NCBI RefSeq assembly: GCF_006345805.1
Contig: NC_042999.1
Coordinates: 131,378,001-131,442,000, forward strand
Direction of reading: 5' to 3'
Source: Octopus sinensis
Lineage: Eukaryota
Length of the DNA stretch: 64,000 bases
The translations under genes and the position numbers were made by a program. Positions 27,101 through 40,200 of this stretch are shown in pieces. Each line of letters opens with the position of its first letter. The stretch's first letter is position 1. The notes beneath the pieces were generated by a model. That model made no database searches. It was not told where the DNA came from and worked only from the letters and a program-made list of their open reading frames with translations.

Positions 27101-30100
27101 TTTTGAAACTGACTTATTTTCCATAACATTTCAGATAGATTCAACACTGAGTTGCTGAAGCAGAAGTTTCTAGAACTTTCTAGAAGTTTCAAGAAGTTTC
27201 AAGAATTTCTAGAATATTCTGGCAACACAGTTCAGTTTACTTCTAGCTGTCCAAGTGGAGACCCAAAGACGAAAATCATGTTACACAATGTTATTTTTGT
27301 GAAACTGCTAATTTTACCATTGACAGAAATGATGGACATTAAAAATTCTAAAGTTATCACTATATTTTCTATAAGCAAGTTTGTCAGAACATTAACATCA
27401 TAGAAACATGTTGCACACACATCTTATAGCTAATTTTTCACAAGCTTTGGATTTATGTTTTTTGCTGTACAACAAAACTAATTTTAAAAAAAGATTATTA
27501 GTTTAAATATATTATCAAGTAATTTTTTAACATATGTAATTATTATCTGAATATATGAAGTAATGTTTTAGGAGGTTACCTTCAATTTTTTTACTTTTGA
27601 AGCCATTCCTGCTATTCTAAATAAACCCTGAAACAAACAAAAATGTTTAAAATGTTAATGTCAAAAAAATGAATAATAATAATAATAAAATAAAAAATAA
27701 AAATCACAAAGAATTTTTCTAATTCTACATTCATTCTTTTAAAATCACCATCATCCTCACCATCCTCACCATCTTTGTAACTTATTCATCTATTTTCCAT
27801 ACTGGTATGAGCTGAGCAGATCATCAATTCTTCAATGTTATCAATGTCTGAAATTGATCAGAGAACTATGATTCCCTTGCACTTTCCATTTTAGCACAGT
27901 TTACATGGCTTGATGCCTTTCCTAACAGCAACCTCTTTACAGAGTTAAAGTATTTCAGCTTTTATTTAACAGAAACAGCCAGTATCTGATCTCAAAGAAG
28001 AAAATATGTGAAAAGGGAAACTTATTATAGCAACCACCTTAAGCGAAATTCAAACTTGAAAATTTTTAATTATCTCCCCCTGATAAACACACAGTTTACT
28101 GTGTGGGGACCGGGATGCCAAAGAATAAGCCCATTTCCTCTGTGTGTCGTAAAAGACAACTAAAAGAGGTTGAATTAGGATTTACACTTTGATCTCATAA
28201 AACCCTCACCAGTGGCTACTACCTAAACAAACCCATGAATCAGAAGGTTGCCTCTTGGCATTGCATGATAGTTGTAAACAAATATCATCATCGTGCAAGC
28301 AGTGTTTCATTTCCAATCTGTAAAAATACATCTGGGCATGGGGAAATATCACCTTGCTTGAAAACAGGTGAAAATAGGTGACAGGAAGGGCATCCAACTG
28401 TACAAAATCCACCTCAACAAATTGCATCCAAGTCATGCAAGCAAGGAAAAGTGGACATTGAAATGATGATGAAAGTGATGATGATACGAGTTTTACTTAG
28501 TTTTAGTTTGGAAGAAAAGAAAAAAATAAATAAAAGTCCTACCTCCTCCTCTAAGCCTGTATCTACTAAAGTACAGACACAGCCTTCAATGACTAAGGCA
28601 ATATTTCGTTCAGTAACTTTTAAATGGTCCAACAGACAGACACCATAGACAGGTTTCACAGGATTAGTGTCTGTGGAGAAAACAAAATTTGAAAACAAAA
28701 GTAGTTGAACAAGGTGTAAACAAGTATTTCATAAATCTGAAATATTTCACAAATTAGTTTATCATTTCTCTCTTCTGAATATTACAAAGCATACAGTGAG
28801 GCAATGTGTGGAATAAAATTTCATCAAATGAAAAGTATATATTTAAATGACATTTTAATTATTACTAGTAATAATTCTCTCTTATTTTAGAACAAGACCT
28901 GTAATTTTAGGGAGAAGAAGTAAATGAATTACAATGACCCCAATACTTAACTGGTATTTATTTAACTCTGAAAGGGTGAGAAAGAAGTAAAGTTGACCTC
29001 AGTGGAATTTGAAGTCAGAATTTAGTCAGAAGAAATGCTGCTAAGCATTTTGTCCAACAAGCCAATTCTGCCAGTTCACCACTTGAATAAAAATAATAAT
29101 CCTTTCTAGGTACAATGCCTGAAATTTGGCAGAAGGTAGGGGTAGTTGATTATATCGACTCCAATGTTCAACTGGTACATATTTTATCAACCCCCAAAAG
29201 GATGAAAGATCAAGTCAACCTGAACGGAATATGAACTGAGAATGTAAAGACAGTCAAAATTAACTTAGATGAGATGCAGTCGAAGTTTATGCCAAGAGAG
29301 GATACCACCAACACCCTCTACCTAGTGAAACAACTACAGTAGACATTCTGAACTAAGGGCAAGCCACTATACCTAGCATTCATTGACCTTGAGAAGGCCT
29401 TAGACAAGCTTCTACATCATTTGGTGGTCTCCATGAAAAGTAGGTGTAAATAAATGGCATTTGAGAGATGACCAAATGATGCACAGAGATGTTGTAGGAA
29501 AGATGACAATTAGCAATGAGTTCAGCAAGCAAGTTAGTATGCAGGTAAGACTCCTCATATTTATTTCCAGACCCTTCATATTTATTCTAGTTCCCTACAT
29601 CAGTAGGAACTCCTGCAGACCAATGATCTAGTTCTTATAGCTGTCACACTTGAAGAATTAGAGAAGAAATTCCAAACATTGATGCAAGGCCTAGAATCAA
29701 AAAGCCTAAGAAAAAAAGTTTTAGTAATCAGAAAAGAATACAAGACTACTCTACTGCTGTCAAGGATGGTAGCTACATTAAATATGCAGAAAAATAAGCA
29801 GGTAAAAACTCTGTACTCTGTATCAAAAGTAAACTGGGGGTGTACAAGAGACACAGTAGAATGAAGGCCGGACAGGACTTTATATCTAATAGATGCACAG
29901 AACTAGTAGCAGTAAGATTACCAAAGAAATAATATTTTTCAAATGCTCAAAAAGCTCTCTTAGAATTAGTTGACAGCTTCCATTGTCTAGGAAATCTAAT
30001 TAGCAGTGATAGTGAATGTTGTGAAAGCATAAAAGCCAGACTAAGAAAAGGGTGGAAAAAAATTTTAAAAAGCATTCACTTTGTGTGTGAAGGGCAGATT

Positions 30101-33100
30101 GTATGATGATCATGTACCAAGTGCAATGTTGCATGGTAGCAAAACATGGGAACTGAATGTGGAGAAAGTGCAAAGGCTAAAAAGAAATGAAATGAGCATG
30201 CTCTATTGGATAGGTAACGATACTATACATGAACAGTAGAGCACAAATGATCTGAGAAAAATACCTTATACAAAAAAAATCGAGTGCAGCATTGAAGAGA
30301 GATGACTGTGCTGGTATAGAAATGTGATGCATATGGGAGATAGTAGCGTAAAAGAAGTGCCAAGAGACAATGTAAAAGAGTCATGTGGAAGAAATAGGAA
30401 GAAGTGGTGAAGATAATTCCCAAGAGGCTGAACTTCACAAAGGAGATTGCAAATAAATGGCAAGACACTTTGTTAGCAGACCAGTTAAACCTGTGCTAAC
30501 ATGGAAAACCAGACATAAAAACAATGATGATGATGAGTGTGTGTAAATGTGTGTGGATTGGTTAGGTCCAATAAAAACACCTTGTTATATCCCTTCTCAC
30601 CAAAAGTAAACCAAGCCATTTGATAAATAGAAAGCAATACAATAAGTACTAGACAAGGTACTAGGGTTTAATATAACTAAAGTCCTTGAAGGTGGTACCT
30701 CAACAAGGTCACAGGTCAAAAACTGAGATCAGTAAAACTGAGATCATAATTGTTGCAACTGGAAAACTTAAAAGCACAGCAAGAATGAGCCTTTGAAATT
30801 ATACAACTCAGTGATAGAAATAAAGAAAATGTCACTTGAGAAGCAAATCAAATTTATTGATTAATATCATGCCTGCATGTTCCACATTATTAATAATTAT
30901 AACAAGTACATGTATGGTAATGTGATTTGTGTGGTTAAGAAGCTAGTTTTGCAAATATGAGGTTTTGGGGTTCTGTCCCACATACTGCACCCTGGGCAAG
31001 TGTCTTCAACTATGGCCTCAGGCCAACCAAAGCCTTGTGAGTGAATTTGATCAATGGAAGTGATGTGGAAACCTGTCAAAGTATGTGTCTTTCTTAGCAC
31101 CCCATCACTACCATCTCACCCCACCACTTAACATCCAGTGTTAGTTTGTTTACATCCCTGTGCCTAAGTGGTTTGAAAAAAGGAGACTGATAGGATAAGT
31201 ACCAGCCTTTAAAAAAATTAATACTAGGATCAATTTATTCAACTAAAACCCTTCAAGGTGGTCTCCCAGCATGACCACAACCTATTGACTGAAACAAGTA
31301 AAAGATAAGATAAAAGATCCAGTTGAGAATGTCCCTTAGTGGTTGACAATATGTGCATCTTTGATCATGAGAAGGAGTAGTGGGGCAGCATCATAGCCAT
31401 GTGTTGAGCTCTGGGGTTTGAATAATTCATTTCTGGAAACATGAGTGTTCCTTTTGAACTGGATGGGCTACTTGAAGAAAATTCTAACAGAGCAAGGTCA
31501 TGTGCTGTTTATCTCGATATGAGATCACTGTCACACACACATGGTCATGATGCATGTGCCTAGTGTACCCTTCTCAGATGGGTATATTGGGCTTCATATA
31601 TTTGTACCCCAGTGTCACACATTGATGGCATGCACTGCTCTCTCACTCAATAATAATAATGAGGTGTGTTTTTAGGTTACTACCAACAAGTATTTTTAGA
31701 GAGACACCATCTTTATCAAGGTAGTCCATGAAGGCGGAAGGGGCTTAGCTCCCCTGGTTTTGAACTCAGAGTGGTCCTTCTCCTAGGCTGCTTGCCAACC
31801 AAGGCTAACGAGTACAGATCAACTAGGGGAGGAAGACATTTAACATAGCAACTTTAGTATAATCCATTCAGACAGGGAGATTAGGAGGACTGCTTAAGAG
31901 TAGTTGTAAACATGGAAGTGAGGTAGAGTGACACCGATAGGTTGTACTTGTATAGAAGAAAGGGTGGGAGAGATTCGATCAATTGCCAGGATTGTATTGA
32001 AGCAGACGAAATCAGCTTAGGGTGGTATATTAAAAATGCTGTGGAGCCATTGTTGAAACATATGAAGAAGGTTGGCATCATCAAAAATGAAAATTGTGTA
32101 GTTAAGAGAAAAATTGAAACAAGTAATGAACACAAAAAAAGAAAAATCATGGAAGGGAAAAAATGTACGGTCAGTTTGCAAGAGATGTGAATGCCAAGAC
32201 AGATACAGAGGACTGGTGGCTATGGATGAGGAGGAGTGACCTGAAGATAGAGACAGAAGTACTCGTATGTGCAGCTCAAAAACAAGCGATAAGAATCAAG
32301 TATGTGAGTGCAAAATAGACAATACTACCAACAGTGACAAATGCAGAATGTGATGTGTGGTGAGAGGAGCAAAACGGTATGGCACATCATTAGCGAAAAT
32401 TGGCACAACATGAATACAAAAGACGCTATGACAATGTGACAAGAATGATCCATTGGGAGCTCTGTGGAAATCACAGACTACAAAGAGCAAAGATGTGGTA
32501 TGAGAAGCCCCAGAAGGAGTCACTGAGAATGAGAATTGCAAAATTCTATGGGATGCACTGATCCAGTGCGATCACTTGACCAGAATCCTTTCTACGATAG
32601 GCACAAGGCCTGAAATTTAGTGGGAAGGGACGAGTCGATTACATTAATTCCAGTGCATAACTGGTGCTTATTTCATCAATTCCAAAAGGAGGAAAGGCAA
32701 AGTTGACCTTGGCAGAATTTGAACTCAATGTAAGGACGGACAAAATGATGCTAAGCATTTTGCCCAACGTGCTAATAATTCTATCAGCTCACTGCCTTCA
32801 ATAATGATTAAAAACAACAACATACCAATCATTTGTTTCACCTTCGGTATCACTCTATCGATTGTTTCAAGGGCATTTCTGTGGTAATTGGCTTGTGCTG
32901 TCATGAGCTGCAATGAGAAAGTTTTTATTATTACATAACATACAACAGAACATCTGCATTAGTTAATATTATAAAAGAAAACACATTTAGCCTAGCTATG
33001 AAATAATTTTAATGTCATAAACTCTCTAGTGAACAAAGAAACCTCTACGTCTTGCATGGGCAACCTCTACGTCTTGCATGACTTATCATTAGGTAGACTG

Positions 33101-36100
33101 AACTACTAAGAAAATTCAAGGTAATTTTTCAATGGCATGCCATTCAGGAAGTCCTGTATGCTATTGTTAACCCATGACTGTGCTACATATTCCCTTAGCA
33201 TACGAGAAATAGCAGCTAAATCTCTCTCAAATAAAACTCTGTCATAAAAATTGAAAGACAGATTGATTAACATAGCCCTAGATACACTGATAAAAAGTTA
33301 TCGGGATGACTACAGCTGGAATATCCTTGATTACAATTCATCTCAATCACATTTTCAATACGATTTTGTGTCTGTCAAACAAACATGATCTCTTTAATCC
33401 TTTTGATACCAACCCACCTGAAACCACCTCTGGCTCTGTAGTACAAATGTCTTGTTTCCAAAAGTTCTGAATTAAAATCTTCCACCAAACCTTAGTCACA
33501 ATTTATGTTCCTAACACTAGCTTAATGATAACTAAGTTATTTTATTGAATTCTTTGTTATATTTAAAATTAATTGAAAGAAACACAGAGGATCTCAACAG
33601 AAATATTCTAACAAAAGGATTAATGATGATAAACTAAAAGTTGTTTCATAGCAAAGCAGAAATATATTCATAAACAGAATTGATATTCCTTTGTTATTCA
33701 GTAGTAACTATAAAAAAGCATTTTGAAAATTTTAAAAAAAATTTTAATTTAGGTTAATAGTTGATCAGTGTAAAAATGTACGCAAAGAAGAATCTAGTCT
33801 TTAGTTATGTTTCTTTGTAAAGTACAAATATATTTTATATTTCCTTTGGATGTCAAGGACCATACTAGGACCATGTACACAAGAATAGACAAAGTTGTAA
33901 GCAGATATGCAGGTGGTTTTAGGCTCATTATAATAGTTTGGACAATATACTATAAGTTTGCTTAAATTAGTATTTAAGTGATTAACAGTGATTAAGTATG
34001 AAACAATTATTAATGATTACACAAAGACAATTAACACATTTGTTTAAAGTGTGTTTCTGATTAAATTAATGGAGATACTTTTTACTTAATACTTTTCTTG
34101 TTACATGTTTGCTTTATACAGATTGATGTTACCTTTCACTCGATACTTTTCATGTGGATGGGGTAACACTAGTTTTGTTTTGTTGATATTTAATGATATT
34201 TTTATATTCTTTTACCTGTTTCAGTCATTTGACTGCAGCCATGCTGGAACACTGTCTTTAAGGGTTTTTAGTCAAATGAATCAACCCCAGTACTATTTCT
34301 TTTTAAAGCTTGGTACTTATTCTATCAGTGTCTTTTTGCCAAATTACTAAGTTACAAAGACATAAACACACCAACACCAGTTGTTGAGTGGTGATGGGGG
34401 GAACAAGCACAAATACAATGACACATACACATAGATACATACATATATAAATATACATATACGTGGCACGTAAAAAACACCACAGTCTAAAGACTAAAGC
34501 CAGTAAAAAAAGAGTAAAGAAAAAACTACTATCAAATTCTCCTTGACATTTTTCTCGTTTTTTACCATTTTTACTGATACTCAATATTACAGGCAGTTCT
34601 TACGTGTAAGATTTACAACCACTTTTGTTTCAGTTCCCTTGTTTTATCTATCCCTTGTTTTAATCATTTCTCAAGAATACAATTCACCACTGGCCTGTAT
34701 AAAGTATATTTCAAATTTATGCAGCAGTCTTTAATATCTCTTATACCCAACCTCTTATATGACACTCAAATTACATATTTAGTCCCCCACTGCACACCAA
34801 AAAAAAAAAAAACAACAAACATTTCTCATCTCAGTAAAGTTATTATATCAGTAATGATCCTTTAAGATTCTATTCACTATCTTTTTGTATCTTTTTATCT
34901 AAGGAAGCTGTAACACATGATTTGGAAAACTGTCAGGATTGGTATATTAGATGATGAGTTGCTGTATTGTATCTCGATATTAGCTCCAAAAACAAATCAA
35001 ATGTGTGATACTGAGCACTGGCTTAGACTTCCATTCTTCTGGGACTGATAAAATAAAGACCAATAATACCTAATACATACTTAACTATATACCTCAGCAA
35101 CACAGTAAAATCCATCATGTCAACAGTCCTTAACTTTTTAGCATTCAGATTACTCTGTCAAATGTAAGGTTTATTTATTCACATTGTTTGGAATTAATCA
35201 AGCATTATCTTGTATCTTTGAGATTTCAATGATGTGATTGTTTACTTTGAGAATGACTTTGTAGGGTAGGTATGAGAGGCTTGATCTGGCTGGTTTGAAC
35301 ATAAAACAGGGAGGATATTTGAGTCAGATATGGCCAGTTTAAATGCTAAAAGGTTAAATTAAGTGTTAAAAATACTTACTGCTACTAGTTTTTCACAGTG
35401 GTCATTCTCTTTTGCAATGAAATTAAGCATTTCAATTGCTAAAGCATCCTGAAAGAGAGCAAATAATTATTAACAAAGAATTTATGTCAAGCCAATATAA
35501 TTACTGAAGCTTCAATGTTATGAACAATATGTGATTTTTAAAAGTCCAATGAATTTATTTTCTATGTGCAAATAAATACTTCTGTTGAGTCAAGACAGTT
35601 CTTAATATTGTAGGAACAATTTAGAGCAATTCACAAAAAGAGCTTTGGATTAGCTAAAAGTTTTTCGTTTGGCCTGACATTGAACTGACCCAAGTCTGCT
35701 GCCACTGCTGCCTTTCATTGTCAGTTCACTGCATTTTGACAACTTACATCTAAATCAGCACAATCAGTCATCCAGCACACTTTACATTGATATCTTCAAT
35801 GCTCAGCTATTCTCTTAAAATCATTTATTTTACTTTCATACAAGTTCAGAAAACACATTTAACCATTTACATTCACCTCATTTCTCCTAGTTCCCATACA
35901 TCTCCATTCAAAGCTCATACCATATCACACTTTTAGAACATGTTTTGTACAGTATGCTTTTTATTCAACCTTTGGAACTTTTTCCATGTCTTACTTTCAT
36001 TACAGCCATCCCCAGGTCTAATTTATTGCTGCAAATAAGTCTGTTGTCAGCCTTCAGCTAAGGTATGCCATAATGCAGTTAAATCAGAAATAGTAATTCA

Positions 36101-37166
36101 TACCATTTACCCATACTTCCTATGGAATGCTTCTAGAAGCACTCTGAATTTTCCCTTTCCAATGCTTTCTAGACTTTTGACAAGCAAGGAGGAATATCTG
36201 GAGGTAGAGCCATGATTTTCACTTCAATAACCAGATTGATGTTAGACCATTCCTAGTCACGTGCTTGTCAATCATGACTTCTAAGTATGTTGCTGCAGCA
36301 ATCAATATCGGAAGATCCATCAGCAAACTCAGAACTTGATTGGACCAAATTCTTCAATAAGTTTACATCAAAGCAATCACCAATGGAACTCTCTCCAGCA
36401 GAACCAGTCTCATCAATTCTTTGAAAAACTTTGAACTTCCAGATGAGACTATATCAGTGGCAATTCAAGGACATGGATACTTGCTATGAGCATAGAGATA
36501 AATAGTGTCAATTAGTTTAAGATAATTAATTTTTGACTTGTTTTTACTGTTGGGGTTAAACTATGTAAACTTATCTTCTCCAGGTTCAAAGAGACATCCA
36601 AATAAAGATGGCATCGTCAGCCAACAATGACAAAAGTCCTATAGTCTTTTATGGCTAGACATAATTTAACTGAATGACCTAATCAGCTCAACTTCATAGT
36701 TAGTCACAGTTCAGAGGAGAGACCTAACTGTGGGGTATGATTACCCAAAAATGTCACTCCATCATTTTTATGAAGGAAGGGCAACTACTACATTTCTCCA
36801 TAGAGCTTCAAGTCATTGTATAGATGAGAGGAAAATGTGGGGTCAAGAAAATAACAATAAGTAGAGCAATAGTGATATTTTCTAGTGAGCCTCTGAGTTC
36901 AAATGTAAAAGTCATGTTGTTTAAGAAAGTTATGCCCCAGAATTATACAGGATCACAAGTTAAGTAACACATCTAAATGTACTTTTTTATAAAAAAAATA
37001 TAAAAACATAAGTAGATTTGAAATGCTAAAAGATGAAGAAACAATCTGAATAACCAGGCCTGTTTGAAGATGTTGAGAAAGAGAGATTCCTGCAAATATC
37101 ATTGTCATCATTGTATATGAAATTGATGGCCAAACAAATCTTGAGTAAAACATCAATACATTGGTT

Positions 37167-37228
<62 letters not shown>

Positions 37229-40200
37229 GATAGACCGCTAGCCACTAAACCTTTTTTATTTTCTCTCTCTGTTTTTTTCTGTGTTCCTTTCTGTTGAAGA
37301 GCCTAGACTCGAAACGTAAAAGACTTTCTCACTTCCCAAACATTAAACTAATACATCTGTTTGTTGTTTACACATCTGTCTTCATCTTTTGTTTTGTTTT
37401 TTTGTAAATTCCAACTATATATATATGTATGTATGTATGTGTGTGTGTGTTATTAGCTTTTTTATGGGTATACATATACACAAATATAGACATACAAACA
37501 CAGATAAGTATACATACATTAACCAAAACACAGATTCATACACACAAAGAAAGGCCAGCATGTATGCATACAACAAACACACACACACACACAAAGACTT
37601 AATTGATGTCTAAATTCTATAGAAAGAGTATGGTTTCTGGGTTAGACTATTTTTTAATTGGAGAGAAATTTGAAAAATAAAACCAGAAGAACAAATATAC
37701 ATACACATAAATACACATGTACACACACACACACACACACACACACGCACGTACACACACACATTTTTTTATATTCTCTCAAATATCAAGGAATATCATA
37801 CTTTGGCACTGTCTACTTTGTTCGCTGCATCTTCTAACTCTCCACGAATCAAGTCAGCTTTGTAAGCAGCAGCTGCCATGTTGTTGCTGTTCAACTGAGA
37901 TTGACGTACTGCTGTGGTCCACCTGCAACAGACAAACATCAACTAATCAATAATAGTAATTTGTTTCCATTTATTTTTCATTAGTTTAGTCAGGGGAGAC
38001 AGAACAGAACCCATTACTGATTCAAACTTTCCTAGACTGGAGGATTAAGACTGCTGAGTGAAGTTAATACAATTAATGTGTGCTTTCAAATCTGCTTTGT
38101 TTCATCATTTAGTTCAGAGAGGAGATGCAACCTCTTTAGCCTTTAAAAATCTTGTCAAGGTTGATGAGACCAATATTCAGTATGAACATCTGAAGGTTGA
38201 TGCTTGCAAGAAAAACACAGAGGTGGGATAGTTCCAAAAGGTTACAGTTTTAGAAGAGAAAGATTGAAAAGTTTTTAGTCTGATACATAAAGGAAGTGGT
38301 GCACAGCTTGTTAGTTCAGAACAGCAGAAATATATTATAGTAATTATAATAATAAGTTTCAGAGAAAAGAAACAGCAAATCATTGGTCGCATCTGTCGAT
38401 GAGTGGAGGCTGGATAATTAGTTGAATAAGCATTTTATTTTGGGGATGGAGTCTAAGATGTTTGCTTGTATGTAACATCAGTATCATCTCAGATATGTGA
38501 AGTTACACTTTAGCTTTATAGAAAAATCAGCAACTTGTCAGAACTGAAGTATGTTTTTGACACTGAAGAAAAACAAAGCTTTTGGAATGTAGTTTTGGCT
38601 GAGTTATTGATGTGTATTTCCCTGAAAGATGATCTAAGATCATGAGGTAATAGTTATAAATTTTGTGTGAAGTTTTTAGTTGTGAGTTGTTCATGAATAG
38701 AGGATATGTTATGTTGTATGTTTTGTTTGTTGTGACTAGGTTTTGGTGCTGTAAAATAGAAATTAAGGTAGTCATATCACTATCAATGAGTTTCTCAAGA
38801 TCTTTGTCCATTGAAAGGATGCAAGTGTGAGGTCAGTTAATAAACTATATATAAATAGGATATTACTGAAATTGAGACACATCTGCATTGATAGAAAATA
38901 AGTTAATAAGGGCTTCACCACTAATCCTATAATGGAAGGGCTTGATAAAGGAGAAAAGGACAGAGACCATATGCAGAAGGTTCTCAGAAGTGTGGTAGTG
39001 ATTGAATAGAAGTATGATGGCGAAATGAATAAGAAGTTTTCATTTCAGTATTTTGTGTATATGTGCGTGGATATATTAGAAGCAAAACGGACAGCAAATA
39101 TCGTGTCTTTTTCAGGAAAGCTACTGCTAATGACCTATCCTGGTTAAAGAGAGTCAGATGAGATGATTCTGTAAAATTTGTAGAGCACCTTGTGGCAGAA
39201 TAAATCATAGTCATCTGATGATGAGACATATACTGAAATATTTTAGGCCATAATTTTAGCCTGACAGTAGAGAGTAAACCACTTGACATATTTTGGTTAG
39301 TGGAATTTGGTTGTATGAAGGATGTGAAAAGACACAACACAGAATATGATTTCAATAGCTCACAAGATAAGGAAGCATATTAGCTAACATAAAGTTCAAG
39401 GATGTTTGGAAGGAATAGGATGACATGTGATAGATTGATGTGGGATGGGGCATCTCAGTTGCAAAGTGGTTGGATAATCCAATAGAAACTACAGCTCCTG
39501 GGAATTTTCCCACTCTTTACTGGCAGTCATCAACATAGAAAGAAGTTCAAACTAAACAGCACACACTGGGGGCTTGGCGCAGCTCTCTGGCTTACCATCT
39601 CCAGTCAAACTGTACAACCCATGCCAGTATGGAAAACAGACATTAAATGATGATGATGATGACAACGACAATGTATGTGTGTTTGTGTTTCAGTGTACCC
39701 TGTCTTGACATCTTGTGATGGGTGTTAACAAATATCACTGTTATACAAGCAATGTTGTTAGTCTCCAGTCTTCCATGAAAATATATCCAACCATGGGGAA
39801 ATATTTACTTGACTTGGAAGCAGGTGAGGGTTGAAAACAAGAAGGGTATCCAGCCATAGAAAATCTGCATTTAAGAAAATTCTGTCTGACCCATGCAAGC
39901 ACAGAAAAGTAGATGTTATACGATGATGAAAATGGTAATTAACAGAAGAATTAATAAAAAGAAAACAATAATAATATATTTACCGATTACGTGCAGAATC
40001 CATATCTAATGTTAACTTATTTAGATGCTTTCTCAATTTTACAATAGTAGGGATGTCATTCTGTAAAAGATAATTAATTACTCCAATCATATAAGCAAGA
40101 TATCAAAATTGATAATTTTTTTTGTTTTAAATGAACTAACTAGAATGTTAGTTTTATGTACATTTTAATCTTTGCAAAAAGGATTTGATTAACTATAACT

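Noticed and set aside
33041-33080. 22-bp tandem duplication (similar ones at ~44949-45000 and ~42848-42938)
   Set aside because: Ordinary short local duplications with no sign of function.
35770-36480. Possible DNA-transposon coding relic
   Set aside because: Composition is suggestive, but I could not recover a diagnostic motif or terminal repeats.
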